NCBI GenBank assembly: GCA_964622505.1
Contig: CAZUQJ010000001.1
Location: 116,957 to 180,956, forward strand
DNA length: 64,000 nucleotides
Direction: 5' to 3'
Source: an uncultured Candidatus Saccharibacteria bacterium
GTDB taxonomy: Bacteria; Patescibacteriota; Minisyncoccia; Phycocordibacterales; UBA9973
Both the position numbers and the translations under genes were made by a program. The notes under the pieces were generated by a model. That model had not been told where the DNA came from. It saw only the letters and a list, made by a program, of their open reading frames with translations, and did not search any database. Each line of letters opens with the position of its first letter. Position 1 is the stretch's first letter. Shown piece after piece: positions 9,347-18,084 of the stretch.

Positions 9347-9381
9347 CAAAATAAAAGTTGATTTCGTGGTATAATTTTTGG

Positions 9382-9780
9382 ATGAACAACTCATACAATT
9401 GGTATAGTACATTAATCAAGCCTACATGGTCGCCGCCTAGCTTCTTGTTTGGGCCAGTATGGACTTTCTTGTACATACTAATCACGATTTCATTCGGTAA
9501 AGTTTTTATGATGTTTTATCAGAAGCAAATTCCTTTTATTGTTGCGCTTCCTTTTGTGCTCAATTTAATTTTTAATTTTTCTTTCACTTATTTTCAGTTC
9601 GGGCTAAAGAATAATTTATTGGCATCTATTGATATTGTTCTAATACTAGCTACTCTCATTTGGCTAATGATAGCAATTTACCCATATGCTAAATGGGTTA
9701 CATATATTCAAATACCATATTTGTTGTGGGTAAGCTTCGCAACAATTTTGCAGCTAACAATTACTTATTTAAATAAATAG
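9382..9780 (+). CDS. tspO: TspO/MBR tryptophan-rich sensory protein
   Basis: WY..LIKPTWSPP..FGPVWT.LY..PYLLWVSFA; ATG at 9382 follows TGGTATAAT. Confidence 0.88.
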   Translation: MNNSYNWYSTLIKPTWSPPSFLFGPVWTFLYILITISFGKVFMMFYQKQIPFIVALPFVLNLIFNFSFTYFQFGLKNNLLASIDIVLILATLIWLMIAIYPYAKWVTYIQIPYLLWVSFATILQLTITYLNK

Positions 9781-9785
9781 TTCAG

Positions 9786-10241
9786 ATGCAGAAGAGGTTA
9801 AAAAATAAAAAAGATTTTGAAATAATCTTCAAACCTCAATTGACACCAAAAGAGATGCTAAAGCTCGGAGTCTTTGGTGGAGTCTATTTTAGTGATAAAC
9901 CAAACGAGTATCCAAAGAGCTGGTTTGCTGGAGTCAAATTTTCGCCAGATGGTAAACTACACAAAGAGTTAAATTATTTTGGAGTGAATGCTAGTCAGTC
10001 GCTCGCAGAGTGGAAACATAAAAATTGGATAAGCAAGGATGACCCTCGTGGATGGTTCCAGTGGTATTGTAGGTACTATATGGGCCGTCGCTTACCGAAA
10101 GAAGATACTCGTCAAATCAAAAGGTGGAAGGCAATTAGCCGGCACCTAGGCCAGATCAATGCCAATTGCAGAGCAGGTGATATAAACTGTCGTCCTCGCC
10201 AGCGCCAAGCATTGCTACATTGGGGATACAAGACCGTATAA
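9786..10241 (+). CDS. Conserved hypothetical protein
   Basis: TPKEML.LGVFGG.YF, DPRGWFQWYCRYYMGRR, RQALLHW; function not assignable. Confidence 0.7.
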   Translation: MQKRLKNKKDFEIIFKPQLTPKEMLKLGVFGGVYFSDKPNEYPKSWFAGVKFSPDGKLHKELNYFGVNASQSLAEWKHKNWISKDDPRGWFQWYCRYYMGRRLPKEDTRQIKRWKAISRHLGQINANCRAGDINCRPRQRQALLHWGYKTV

Positions 10242-10292
10242 TGTGATATAATAATATTAGTTCTCTTATTAATTAGTGTAGATAATAAATAT

Positions 10293-10769
10293 ATGAAAAA
10301 ATTGCTAAAGGTTTCTGCTGTGCTTGCTATGGTTGCTGGTGTTGTTATGATTGTTGGTGGTTTGTGGGGTATTTCTTTTACTTATAAAAATATAGCTCAG
10401 GAGAAAATTGTCACTCCAGAAGATGCAAAGATTCCAAACGCTCAAGTGCGTGGACCTTTTACATTGATGGCTCAGTCAGATATTATCCGTGAGCATACTC
10501 TTCATACTACAGGTGGCAAGACATTTGCCGAGATGCCTCGCCAGATTGCAAAAGTTGATGCAAAAGGAGCACCAGTATTGGATGAAAAGGGCGAGCCTGT
10601 AATGGCACCAAATACAGTTCGTGATATGTGGGTTACTGCTACATCACTTACTACAGCATTACATCTAGCAGTATTCTCTTATGTATTCTCTAGCTTGATA
10701 ATTTTATTTGGATTGATATCTTTGTGGACAGGAGTCGTGTTCAACATGCTAGGTAAAAAGTCAGAATAA
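10293..10769 (+). CDS. Membrane protein of unknown function
   Basis: N- and C-terminal TM helices around a GPFT..Q..II..H core. Confidence 0.7.
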   Translation: MKKLLKVSAVLAMVAGVVMIVGGLWGISFTYKNIAQEKIVTPEDAKIPNAQVRGPFTLMAQSDIIREHTLHTTGGKTFAEMPRQIAKVDAKGAPVLDEKGEPVMAPNTVRDMWVTATSLTTALHLAVFSYVFSSLIILFGLISLWTGVVFNMLGKKSE

Positions 10770-10782
10770 TTATTTAATATAT

Positions 10783-10911
10783 ATGGCAAAAAAAGTAGTA
10801 AAAGTAAAAAAGGAGATTAAGCATGTGACCAATGACATGATGCACAACAAGAAGGAATTCGCTGTAAAGCACCCACCGAATTTAAAACCAAAAGGAAAGC
10901 GTGCAAAATAA
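10783..10911 (+). CDS. 42-aa Lys-rich microprotein (not in ORF track)
   Basis: MAKKVVKVKKEIKHVTNDMMHNKKEFAVKHPPNLKPKGKRAK. Confidence 0.55.
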   Translation: MAKKVVKVKKEIKHVTNDMMHNKKEFAVKHPPNLKPKGKRAK

Positions 10912-10982
10912 TTAGGACATATTGTGTAATTAGCGTATACTCATCCGAGTCGGTTTAGTACAACTAATTCACAAAAAAATAT

Positions 10983-11093
10983 ATGTCAGATGAAACAACA
11001 GAAGAAGTAACAACTCCTGAAGTAGAAATGCCAGTTGAAGCTCCAGCCGAAGAAGCTGAAGAAACTGCAACTACAGAAGAAGCTGCTGCATAG
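10983..11093 (+). CDS. 36-aa acidic microprotein (not in ORF track)
   Basis: MSDETTEEVTTPEVEMPVEAPAEEAEETATTEEAAA, directly followed by a terminator. Confidence 0.6.
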   Translation: MSDETTEEVTTPEVEMPVEAPAEEAEETATTEEAAA

Positions 11094-11098
11094 TTTGT

Positions 11099-11128
11099 AA
11101 AAAACACTCCGTGAGGAGTGTTTTTTTT
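11099..11128 (+). terminator. Intrinsic terminator
   Basis: AAAACACTCC-gtga-GGAGTGTTTT plus T-tract. Confidence 0.75.
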
Positions 11129-11148
11129 GTATGCTATACTACACTGAT

Positions 11149-11871
11149 ATGGAAAGAGCACGAGCCCCACTTACTCATCAACAGATGGATAATAATATAA
11201 AGAACTCTAAATTAAATTGGCTACGAGCGGCAGTGCTCGGTGCCAACGATGGAATAGTGTCTGTATCATCGGTGATTGTGGGTGTGGCAGGGGCATCAGA
11301 TTCACGAACTTTCATCCTCACAGCAGGATTTGCTGCATTGGTAGCTGGTGCATTGTCTATGGCTGTCGGTGAGTACGTTTCGGTGAGTACGCAACGGGAC
11401 ACAGAACGCGCATTGATTACAAAAGAGCAAATTGAGCTTGCACTATATCCAGACCAAGAACTCGAAGAGCTTGTAGTAATATACGAAAAAAAAGGCTTGT
11501 CTCGTGCTACAGCAGAAATTGTCGCAAAAGAATTTACAAACAAAGATGCCTTTGCCGCGCATTTGGATGCAGAGCTTGGTATTGACCCACATAATCTGAC
11601 CGATCCATTCCACGCTGCTTACGCCTCGGGCTTAGCTTTTTTGTCAGGAGCAATTATACCCATCATTGCTATTGTTGTGTCTCCGAAGTCAATTCAAATA
11701 CCTCTGACTTTTGCATCAGTAATTGTGGCATTAATTTTTACAGGGACATTAAGTGCACACGCAGGAGGTGCAAGCAAGATTAAGGCTACGATTCGTGTGG
11801 TTGTGGGTGGGTTGATGGCCATGATAATTACCTTTGGTATTGGTAAATTGTTTGGAGTATCTGGAATCTAA
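11149..11871 (+). CDS. VIT1/CCC1 family Fe/Mn transporter
   Basis: WLRAAVLGANDGIVS, AGALSMAVGEYVSV. Confidence 0.92.
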   Translation: MERARAPLTHQQMDNNIKNSKLNWLRAAVLGANDGIVSVSSVIVGVAGASDSRTFILTAGFAALVAGALSMAVGEYVSVSTQRDTERALITKEQIELALYPDQELEELVVIYEKKGLSRATAEIVAKEFTNKDAFAAHLDAELGIDPHNLTDPFHAAYASGLAFLSGAIIPIIAIVVSPKSIQIPLTFASVIVALIFTGTLSAHAGGASKIKATIRVVVGGLMAMIITFGIGKLFGVSGI

Positions 11872-11893
11872 TTTTTATTTATTGAATCCTTTC

Positions 11894-12415
11894 ATGCTGT
11901 ATACTGTCAAAACAAATAGTGGATCAAAAAGTATACGTATTGCGGTGCATCAGGATGGATCGGTGATTGTGACGAAGCCTAAACGAGTTTCAAATCTTCA
12001 AGTCAAGTTTGTGGTTGCAAGACGAGCAGAGTGGATTAAACAGAAAATTGCAGAAATCAGCACAAGACCAAAAAGGTTACTGGCGCATTATTCAGCCAAA
12101 GATTTTAAAGAAAATAAACAGCAGGCCTATGTCGTAGCCCACAACAAGATCCTAGAGTTCAATCAATTTTATAAGTTCGCTATCGGGAAAGTTTTTATAA
12201 GAAATCAAAAGACAAGATGGGGAAGTTGTAGTGGTAAAAAGAATTTGAATTTTAATTACAAAATAGTATTTCTACCCGAAGAGCTTCAGGACTATCTCGT
12301 GGTCCATGAGCTCTGCCATTTAAAAGAGATGAACCATTCTCCTGGGTTTTGGGCACTCGTAGAACAACAAATATCAGATTACAAAATACGACGCAAAGAG
12401 CTTTTGAAATATTAA
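11894..12415 (+). CDS. YgjP/DUF45 (M48-like) metal-dependent hydrolase
   Basis: QKTRWGSCS, DYLVVHELCHL.EMNHS..FW. Confidence 0.85.
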   Translation: MLYTVKTNSGSKSIRIAVHQDGSVIVTKPKRVSNLQVKFVVARRAEWIKQKIAEISTRPKRLLAHYSAKDFKENKQQAYVVAHNKILEFNQFYKFAIGKVFIRNQKTRWGSCSGKKNLNFNYKIVFLPEELQDYLVVHELCHLKEMNHSPGFWALVEQQISDYKIRRKELLKY

Positions 12416-12504
12416 TTTGCTTTTAAGCCTTGAAAATGCTAAGATGTCAATATATCGTAATAATTAACTAAATAAATATCCGCCTTGAGCGGAAGAAAAT
12501 ATAT

Positions 12505-13113
12505 ATGGGAAATTTTGATCGAGGAGGTAACAGAGGAGGAGGAGGCGGAGGCGGAGGATTTCGCGGTGGTAATAGTGGTGGCCGACCAAGCTTCAACAAA
12601 AAGCCTTGGGGTGGAAACGATCGTGGAGGCGACAAACGTGCAGAGATGCACAAAGCAACTTGCAGTGAATGTGGCAAGATGTGCGAAGTGCCTTTCCGTC
12701 CATCAAGCGACAAGCCAGTGTTTTGTAACGACTGTTTTAGTAGCAAGCGTGAAGGTGTAGATCGCAAGCCACGTGCAGATTTCAATGATCGTGCACCACG
12801 ACGTGAATTTGATCGTCCAGCACCAAGACCAGACATGGTTCGTGTTGCGCCAGCAAACGATGAAGTCAAAAATCAACTTCGTGATTTGAATTCTAAAATG
12901 GATCGTCTCGTAACTCTAATGGAAAAGATGACAAATTCATCAGCACCCAAGGTTGCACCAATGATTACAAAACCAGCTGAAGTGAAAAAGGTAGTAGTAG
13001 CTTCAAAGCCTGTTGCTAAAGTTAATCCGCCAGCTGGCGGAAAGAAAGTTGTAGCAAAAGCACCGGCAAAGAAGTTAGTAGCAAAGAAGCCTGTGGCAAA
13101 AAAGAAGAAATAA
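12505..13113 (+). CDS. CxxC-x17-CxxC domain protein with RGG N-terminus and Lys/Ala/Pro-rich tail
   Basis: MHKATCSECG..CEVPFRP...PVFCNDCF; RGG repeats; histone-H1-like C-terminus. Confidence 0.85.
   Translation: MGNFDRGGNRGGGGGGGGFRGGNSGGRPSFNKKPWGGNDRGGDKRAEMHKATCSECGKMCEVPFRPSSDKPVFCNDCFSSKREGVDRKPRADFNDRAPRREFDRPAPRPDMVRVAPANDEVKNQLRDLNSKMDRLVTLMEKMTNSSAPKVAPMITKPAEVKKVVVASKPVAKVNPPAGGKKVVAKAPAKKLVAKKPVAKKKK
13026..13041. repeat. Perfect 16-bp GC-rich palindrome inside coding sequence
   Basis: TCCGCCAGCTGGCGGA encoding NPPAGG; related hairpin TCCGC-cttga-GCGGA at 12479-12493. Confidence 0.6.
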
Positions 13114-13121
13114 TAAAATCC

Positions 13122-13152
13122 AAAAAATACTTGTCCAAGACAAGTATTTTTT
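13122..13152 (+). terminator. Intrinsic terminator
   Basis: AAAAAATACTTGTC-caa-GACAAGTATTTTTT. Confidence 0.75.
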
Positions 13153-13167
13153 GTTATAATTAAATTT

Positions 13168-15393
13168 ATGAGACTTACTTGGGTAAAATATATTTTTTTA
13201 TTGACTTTTGCTTTATTATTTGTGAATAATAAAACTTTTGCTGCAACAACTATTTTTTCGGATAGTTTTAATAATGATTATGGTGAATTATCGACCCATA
13301 CCCCTACAACAGTGGGTACTAGTTGGACGCGATTGGTAAACAACGGTGTCGACTTATATGTTCAAAGCTATAACAATCACGTAACCGTTCAGTCAAACTC
13401 AAGTAACCTTGGTTCAATTTATGTAGCCAACGGTACATATCCAGACGCTGATTACGAAATTTCGGCCGACGCTTTGTTTGCAGCAGGTGATTCTAACTAT
13501 CCTCGATCATTAATATTACGCGCTCAAGATTCTAGTAATATGTATTTGCTTCGTAGTACGAATACGACAATGACAATTTATAAAAGAGTTTCTGGTACGT
13601 GGACATCACTTGGTTCAGGCGGTAGTGTTGGATTATCTGATAATACAGTCTCACCGTACTATATTGCAACACTAACATTTAGTGCTGTAGGTACAACTTT
13701 GACAGGTAAAGTAAATGGAGTCACCAAAGTAACTGTAACTGATAGTAGTATTACAAGTGCTGGTAAGGCAGGTATTGGCTTGGGGTACACAGCAGTTTCA
13801 ACTGATGATGGAGGGACAGGGGTAGGGATAGACACTGTTTTGGTTCAGACCGCTACTTCAGATTCAACAGCACCAACAATTACATCTGTTTCCTCTGATA
13901 AAACGAACGGTTCGTATACTGTTGGCGAAGTAATTGATATTGATGTTACTTTTAGTGAAGCCGTCACATCAACAGGTGATGTAACAGTAACATTAGAGAC
14001 AGGCGCAACTGATCGGACATGTACATTTACTGTATCAAACAGTAGTACGGGAACTTGTAATTATACTGTTCAATCTGGAGACACAACAAGTGATTTAACT
14101 GTAAATACAATATCGGGCACAATTGCTGATCAATCAAGTAATGCAATGACTGATTTTGCATCTACAACCAATTTAGCAGCCAATAAGGCTTTAGTGATTG
14201 ATACTACCGACCCAACAGTGCAATCACTTGCACCAGCAGATAATGAAACAAATTTCTCGCCTACATCAGTTTTTTTGATGACATTCAACCAGGCAGTTGA
14301 TGTTGAAACAGGGAATATTACGATTAAAAAAACATCTGATAATTCTACAGTTGAAACAATTAGTGTAAGTGGTGGATTGGTTACAGGCACTGGGACAACT
14401 GTTATTACCATTGACCCGTCTACAAATCTTTCAGATCTTACAGAATACTACATTTTAGTAGATGCTACCGCCTTTGATGATGCCGCAGGTAATAGCTATG
14501 CTGGTATTAGTTCAACCACGGCATGGAGTTTTACAACAGGAGATATAACAGCACCAACAATTACATCTGTTTCCTCCGATAAAACGAACGGTTCGTATAC
14601 TGTTGGCGAAGTAATTGATATCGACGTAACTTTTAGTGAAGCTGTAACTTCTACTGGTAACGTAACTGTTACGCTTGAAACTGGTACAACTGATCAAACA
14701 TGTACATTTACTGTTTCAAACAGCAGTACAGGAACCTGTAATTATACTGTTCAAGCCGGAGACACGACCAGTGATTTAACGGTCAACACTATTTCAGGCA
14801 CCATTGCTGATCAATCTAGTAATGCTATGTCTAACTTCGTACCAACTACAAACCTGGCTGCGAATAAAAATATTGTTATTGATACAACCGTACACATAGT
14901 GTCATCCACTAGCACTTCAGCAAGTGCACGAGTTCAAAATTTAATTAATATGGGGAAAATACAAGAAGCTCAACAAGTGGCAAAAGAATTTCCTAATTCA
15001 GTTCCAAAAAATTTATTAAATAATAAATTAATTTTAATACCTGTAAAACCAATAGAAAATATACAAAAAATAACCCCCAAAATTACTGAAATTAAAAAAG
15101 AAAATAATTTAGCAAGAGTAGAGCCAATTGTAGAAAATATTTTGCCAGAAGTTAACACAAATACAGAATCAAAAAAGAAAAAAATAATAAATAAAACTTT
15201 AAAAAGTTCAATGATTGACCCAGAAGTTAAAGCCTTACAAGAGTTCTTGCAAATTGACCCGCCGACAGGAAAGTTTGGAGCATTAACTTATAAAGCAGTA
15301 ATTAATTTTCAGAGAAAAAATAATTTAATACCTGATGGTATTGTAGGCCCAAAAACAAGAGCAGTAATAAATAAATTACTTTACGAAGCATAA
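13168..15393 (+). CDS. Secreted Thr/Ser-rich surface protein with Ig-like repeats and C-terminal peptidoglycan-binding domain
   Basis: Signal peptide; two ~113-aa repeats flanking an SbsA/Big_5-like domain; VKALQ..L...TG.FG.LT..AV..FQ...DGIVGPKT. Confidence 0.8.
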   Translation: MRLTWVKYIFLLTFALLFVNNKTFAATTIFSDSFNNDYGELSTHTPTTVGTSWTRLVNNGVDLYVQSYNNHVTVQSNSSNLGSIYVANGTYPDADYEISADALFAAGDSNYPRSLILRAQDSSNMYLLRSTNTTMTIYKRVSGTWTSLGSGGSVGLSDNTVSPYYIATLTFSAVGTTLTGKVNGVTKVTVTDSSITSAGKAGIGLGYTAVSTDDGGTGVGIDTVLVQTATSDSTAPTITSVSSDKTNGSYTVGEVIDIDVTFSEAVTSTGDVTVTLETGATDRTCTFTVSNSSTGTCNYTVQSGDTTSDLTVNTISGTIADQSSNAMTDFASTTNLAANKALVIDTTDPTVQSLAPADNETNFSPTSVFLMTFNQAVDVETGNITIKKTSDNSTVETISVSGGLVTGTGTTVITIDPSTNLSDLTEYYILVDATAFDDAAGNSYAGISSTTAWSFTTGDITAPTITSVSSDKTNGSYTVGEVIDIDVTFSEAVTSTGNVTVTLETGTTDQTCTFTVSNSSTGTCNYTVQAGDTTSDLTVNTISGTIADQSSNAMSNFVPTTNLAANKNIVIDTTVHIVSSTSTSASARVQNLINMGKIQEAQQVAKEFPNSVPKNLLNNKLILIPVKPIENIQKITPKITEIKKENNLARVEPIVENILPEVNTNTESKKKKIINKTLKSSMIDPEVKALQEFLQIDPPTGKFGALTYKAVINFQRKNNLIPDGIVGPKTRAVINKLLYEA
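13867..14886 (+). repeat. Intragenic direct repeat, two ~339-bp copies (13867-14205, 14548-14886)
   Basis: TAPTITSVSSDKTNGSYTVGEVIDIDVTFSEAVT...VIDT twice, offset 681 bp. Confidence 0.9.
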
Positions 15394-15410
15394 TTTTTGT
15401 GTTGTTTTGG

Positions 15411-15419
15411 TTATCCACA
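15411..15419 (+). promoter_or_regulatory. Perfect DnaA box
   Basis: TTATCCACA just upstream of the lexA operon promoter. Confidence 0.45.
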
Positions 15420-15429
15420 GCTTTAGGGC

Positions 15430-15458
15430 TTGCATGTGAACGAGCGTTCACGTATACT
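15430..15458 (+). promoter_or_regulatory. Promoter with LexA-box-like operator in spacer
   Basis: TTGCAT-17-TATACT; spacer contains GTGAAC-GAGC-GTTCAC (15436-15451). Confidence 0.7.
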
Positions 15459-15464
15459 AGTTAC

Positions 15465-15674
15465 ATGAGCAAGGAACAATATATCAAAATTTTACAAAGA
15501 GAATTGATCAAGATCAACAAGGAGATCGACATGCGGATCATGGCTGGCGAGGCATATACCAAGCAAGCTCGCGACCACAAATTGCTCCTCCGCAAGATCC
15601 ACAACCATTACCACAAGAATTCCTTCAAGGGTCTCTTTGCCAAAATGTTCTCTGTGTCTCGTTTCCAATACTAA
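15465..15674 (+). CDS. Small hypothetical protein co-transcribed with lexA
   Basis: Leaderless ATG 6 nt after -10; MSKEQY...ARDHKLLLRKI. Confidence 0.7.
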   Translation: MSKEQYIKILQRELIKINKEIDMRIMAGEAYTKQARDHKLLLRKIHNHYHKNSFKGLFAKMFSVSRFQY

Positions 15675-15679
15675 TATAT

Positions 15680-16249
15680 ATGACACTCTCTGAATACAAA
15701 AATAAACTCGCAAATTTCCACTCATCTTCCAACAGGATGCCAACTTATACAGAGATGATGAAGCTCTTTGATTTCAAATCAAAGAACGCTGTCGCTCGAC
15801 TCGTAGAGAAGCTAGTAGATGCTGGTATTGTAGACAAGGACCCACTTGGCCGACTTGTACCTACCGATTCATTTTCAGATGTGCCACTCCTCGGACTTGT
15901 CAAAGCTGGATTTCCTTCGCCAAGCGAAGAGGTGCTCGAAACTACAATCAACCTCAACAACTTCCTTATTCAAAAGAAAGAAAAGACATATATACTGGAA
16001 GTTGATGGTGACTCAATGATCGACGCCCATATTGCTGATGGAGATATGGTGGTAGCAGAGCGCACAGAGAATGCTCGCGACGGGCAGATCGTGATAGCAG
16101 AAGTTGATGGGGAATATACCATGAAATATTTTCGCAAACTGGGCGCACGCATATGGCTTGAGCCAGCCAACAAAGATTTCAGTAATATTTACCCCGAGAA
16201 TGATCTTAAAATTTGCGCAGTCGTAAAAGGAGTGATTCGGAAATATTAA
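15680..16249 (+). CDS. lexA: LexA repressor (S24 autopeptidase)
   Basis: N-terminal wHTH (MPTYTEM..F.FKSKNAV), Ala-Gly cleavage site (KAGFP), VDGDSM serine, TMK lysine. Confidence 0.88.
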   Translation: MTLSEYKNKLANFHSSSNRMPTYTEMMKLFDFKSKNAVARLVEKLVDAGIVDKDPLGRLVPTDSFSDVPLLGLVKAGFPSPSEEVLETTINLNNFLIQKKEKTYILEVDGDSMIDAHIADGDMVVAERTENARDGQIVIAEVDGEYTMKYFRKLGARIWLEPANKDFSNIYPENDLKICAVVKGVIRKY

Positions 16250-16296
16250 TATTTTGGTGTATAATAAATATATTAGAAGTTTAAACATTTAATTTT

Positions 16297-16362
16297 ATGG
16301 GAAAAGGCGACAACAGACAAAGAAAAGAAGTAAAGAAACCAAAAAAGGTAGTAAAGAAATAG
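16297..16362 (+). CDS. 21-aa basic microprotein (not in ORF track)
   Basis: MGKGDNRQRKEVKKPKKVVKK between TGTATAAT and a terminator. Confidence 0.5.
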   Translation: MGKGDNRQRKEVKKPKKVVKK

Positions 16363-16368
16363 TTTTTT

Positions 16369-16401
16369 AAAAAATCCTCAAGCAAAACTTGAGGATTTTT
16401 T
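16369..16401 (+). terminator. Intrinsic terminator
   Basis: AAAAATCCTCAAG-caaaa-CTTGAGGATTTTT. Confidence 0.75.
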
Positions 16402-16458
16402 GTTGAAATAAAAAGCAACATTTTTGCTATTTAGTCAATATTTTGCTATAATACACAC

Positions 16459-17028
16459 ATGAAGATAACTAAAGCATTTTTTATAAAAGGTGTTGTTGGT
16501 ACAGACGAAATACTCGACGATGGTGTGCCACAGATAGCATTTATCGGGCGCTCCAATGTAGGCAAGTCGACAACTATAAATGCCATCACCTCACAAAACA
16601 AGCTCGCAATTACGAGCTCTTTTCCTGGCCGAACTCAACAGATAAATGTATTCTCTGTAAACAACTCAGTGTATTTTATGGATCTACCAGGCTACGGCTA
16701 TGCACGAGCCAGTGGCAAAGGGCGCGAGAAAATCCAAGAGCTGATCTACTGGTACTTTTTCAACTCACACTACGTCCAAAAGTATGTTGTGGTGATTATA
16801 GACGCTGAAGTTGGTCCGACAAAAGACGACCTTGAAATGCTCCACCATCTTGAAGTTGCAGGGAAGAGTGTTTTGATCATTGCCAACAAGATAGACAAGA
16901 TTAAAAAATCAGCATACCAAAAGCAAATGAATACTCTATCTAAACTTCTTCCCAAATACAAAATTATCCCTTTCTCGGCCCTGAAGAAGACCGGGGTTCA
17001 AGAGGTAATAGATACTATTCTTGCCTAG
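16459..17028 (+). CDS. engB: Ribosome biogenesis GTPase YihA/EngB
   Basis: GRSNVGKS, PGRT, DLPGYG, NKID. Confidence 0.93.
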   Translation: MKITKAFFIKGVVGTDEILDDGVPQIAFIGRSNVGKSTTINAITSQNKLAITSSFPGRTQQINVFSVNNSVYFMDLPGYGYARASGKGREKIQELIYWYFFNSHYVQKYVVVIIDAEVGPTKDDLEMLHHLEVAGKSVLIIANKIDKIKKSAYQKQMNTLSKLLPKYKIIPFSALKKTGVQEVIDTILA

Positions 17029-17052
17029 TGTATTTCGTGTTATAATACTCAT

Positions 17053-18084
17053 ATGACAAATAAAAATATTCAATTGTATTTCTTTATTGCACTGTTGTGC
17101 GTTGTGTTCCTTTTAAATGTTGCACTATTTTTACCTTTTCTTACTTTGTTTGCCGTTATCGCTATTTTTGCCGTAGTGTTTTATCCACTGTTCAACAAGC
17201 TTAAAAAAAGATTGTATAACAATGGCAATGTAGCTGCATTTGTAACGATTATTATTGCAGCAATTATTGTGCTCTTGCCACTAACTTTCTTTACCATTCA
17301 AGTATTTCTCGAAGCTAAAAGCATTTATGCCAATTTAGATTCCTTCCAAAGTACATTATCTGGATTGTCTTCGACTCTCAACATGAAGCTTGGAACTTTG
17401 ATCCCAAATGCTTCGATTGACCTCTCTTCTTATTTAGCATCAATTTTTAGTGGGTTGACTACGAGTATTGGGAGTGTGTTTTCAAGCGTCCTACACTTTA
17501 CGACCGTCGTATTCATCAGCTTTGTTGCACTCTTTTTCTTTCTGCGTGACGGCAAAAAATTTATCAATAAACTCATAGCTACAAGTCCGCTTGACGATGT
17601 CCATGATCAGAAAATTCTCGCCAAGCTCAAACTAACTATTAGCGCAATCATCAAAGGGTCTCTTGTTATTGCGGCCATCCAAGGCTTGCTGACATGGATA
17701 GGATTTTTGATTTTTGGCATTCCAAATCCGGCGCTCTGGGGCGCATTGACAGTATTTGCATCACTTATCCCTGGTATTGGTACTGCGATTGTGATCACTC
17801 CTGCAATCATATATCTTTTCAATGTAGGTACGCTCTTTAATGCAGTAGGTCTTCTTGTGTGGGGCGTGGTCATTGTGGGGCTTATAGACAATGTGGTCCG
17901 TCCGGTACTTGTCGGTAAAGATGTTGATATTCATCCATTTATGGTACTGATGTCTATCTTTGGAGGATTGCTTATGTTTGGAGCTATCGGATTCTTGCTC
18001 GGACCACTCCTGCTCTCATTCTTTACCGTCTTAATAGAACTATACCCGACTATTACCAAAGGTGTACTTGATAAAAAAGAATAA
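17053..18084 (+). CDS. AI-2E family transporter
   Basis: FFFLRDG, IDNVVRP.LVG, HP..V..S..GG...FG..G..LGP. Confidence 0.9.
   Translation: MTNKNIQLYFFIALLCVVFLLNVALFLPFLTLFAVIAIFAVVFYPLFNKLKKRLYNNGNVAAFVTIIIAAIIVLLPLTFFTIQVFLEAKSIYANLDSFQSTLSGLSSTLNMKLGTLIPNASIDLSSYLASIFSGLTTSIGSVFSSVLHFTTVVFISFVALFFFLRDGKKFINKLIATSPLDDVHDQKILAKLKLTISAIIKGSLVIAAIQGLLTWIGFLIFGIPNPALWGALTVFASLIPGIGTAIVITPAIIYLFNVGTLFNAVGLLVWGVVIVGLIDNVVRPVLVGKDVDIHPFMVLMSIFGGLLMFGAIGFLLGPLLLSFFTVLIELYPTITKGVLDKKE

Noticed and set aside
6545-12415. Integron cassette array
   Set aside because: Small same-strand genes, but no recurring attC-like GTTRRRY/RYYYAAC elements and no intI; each gene has its own promoter
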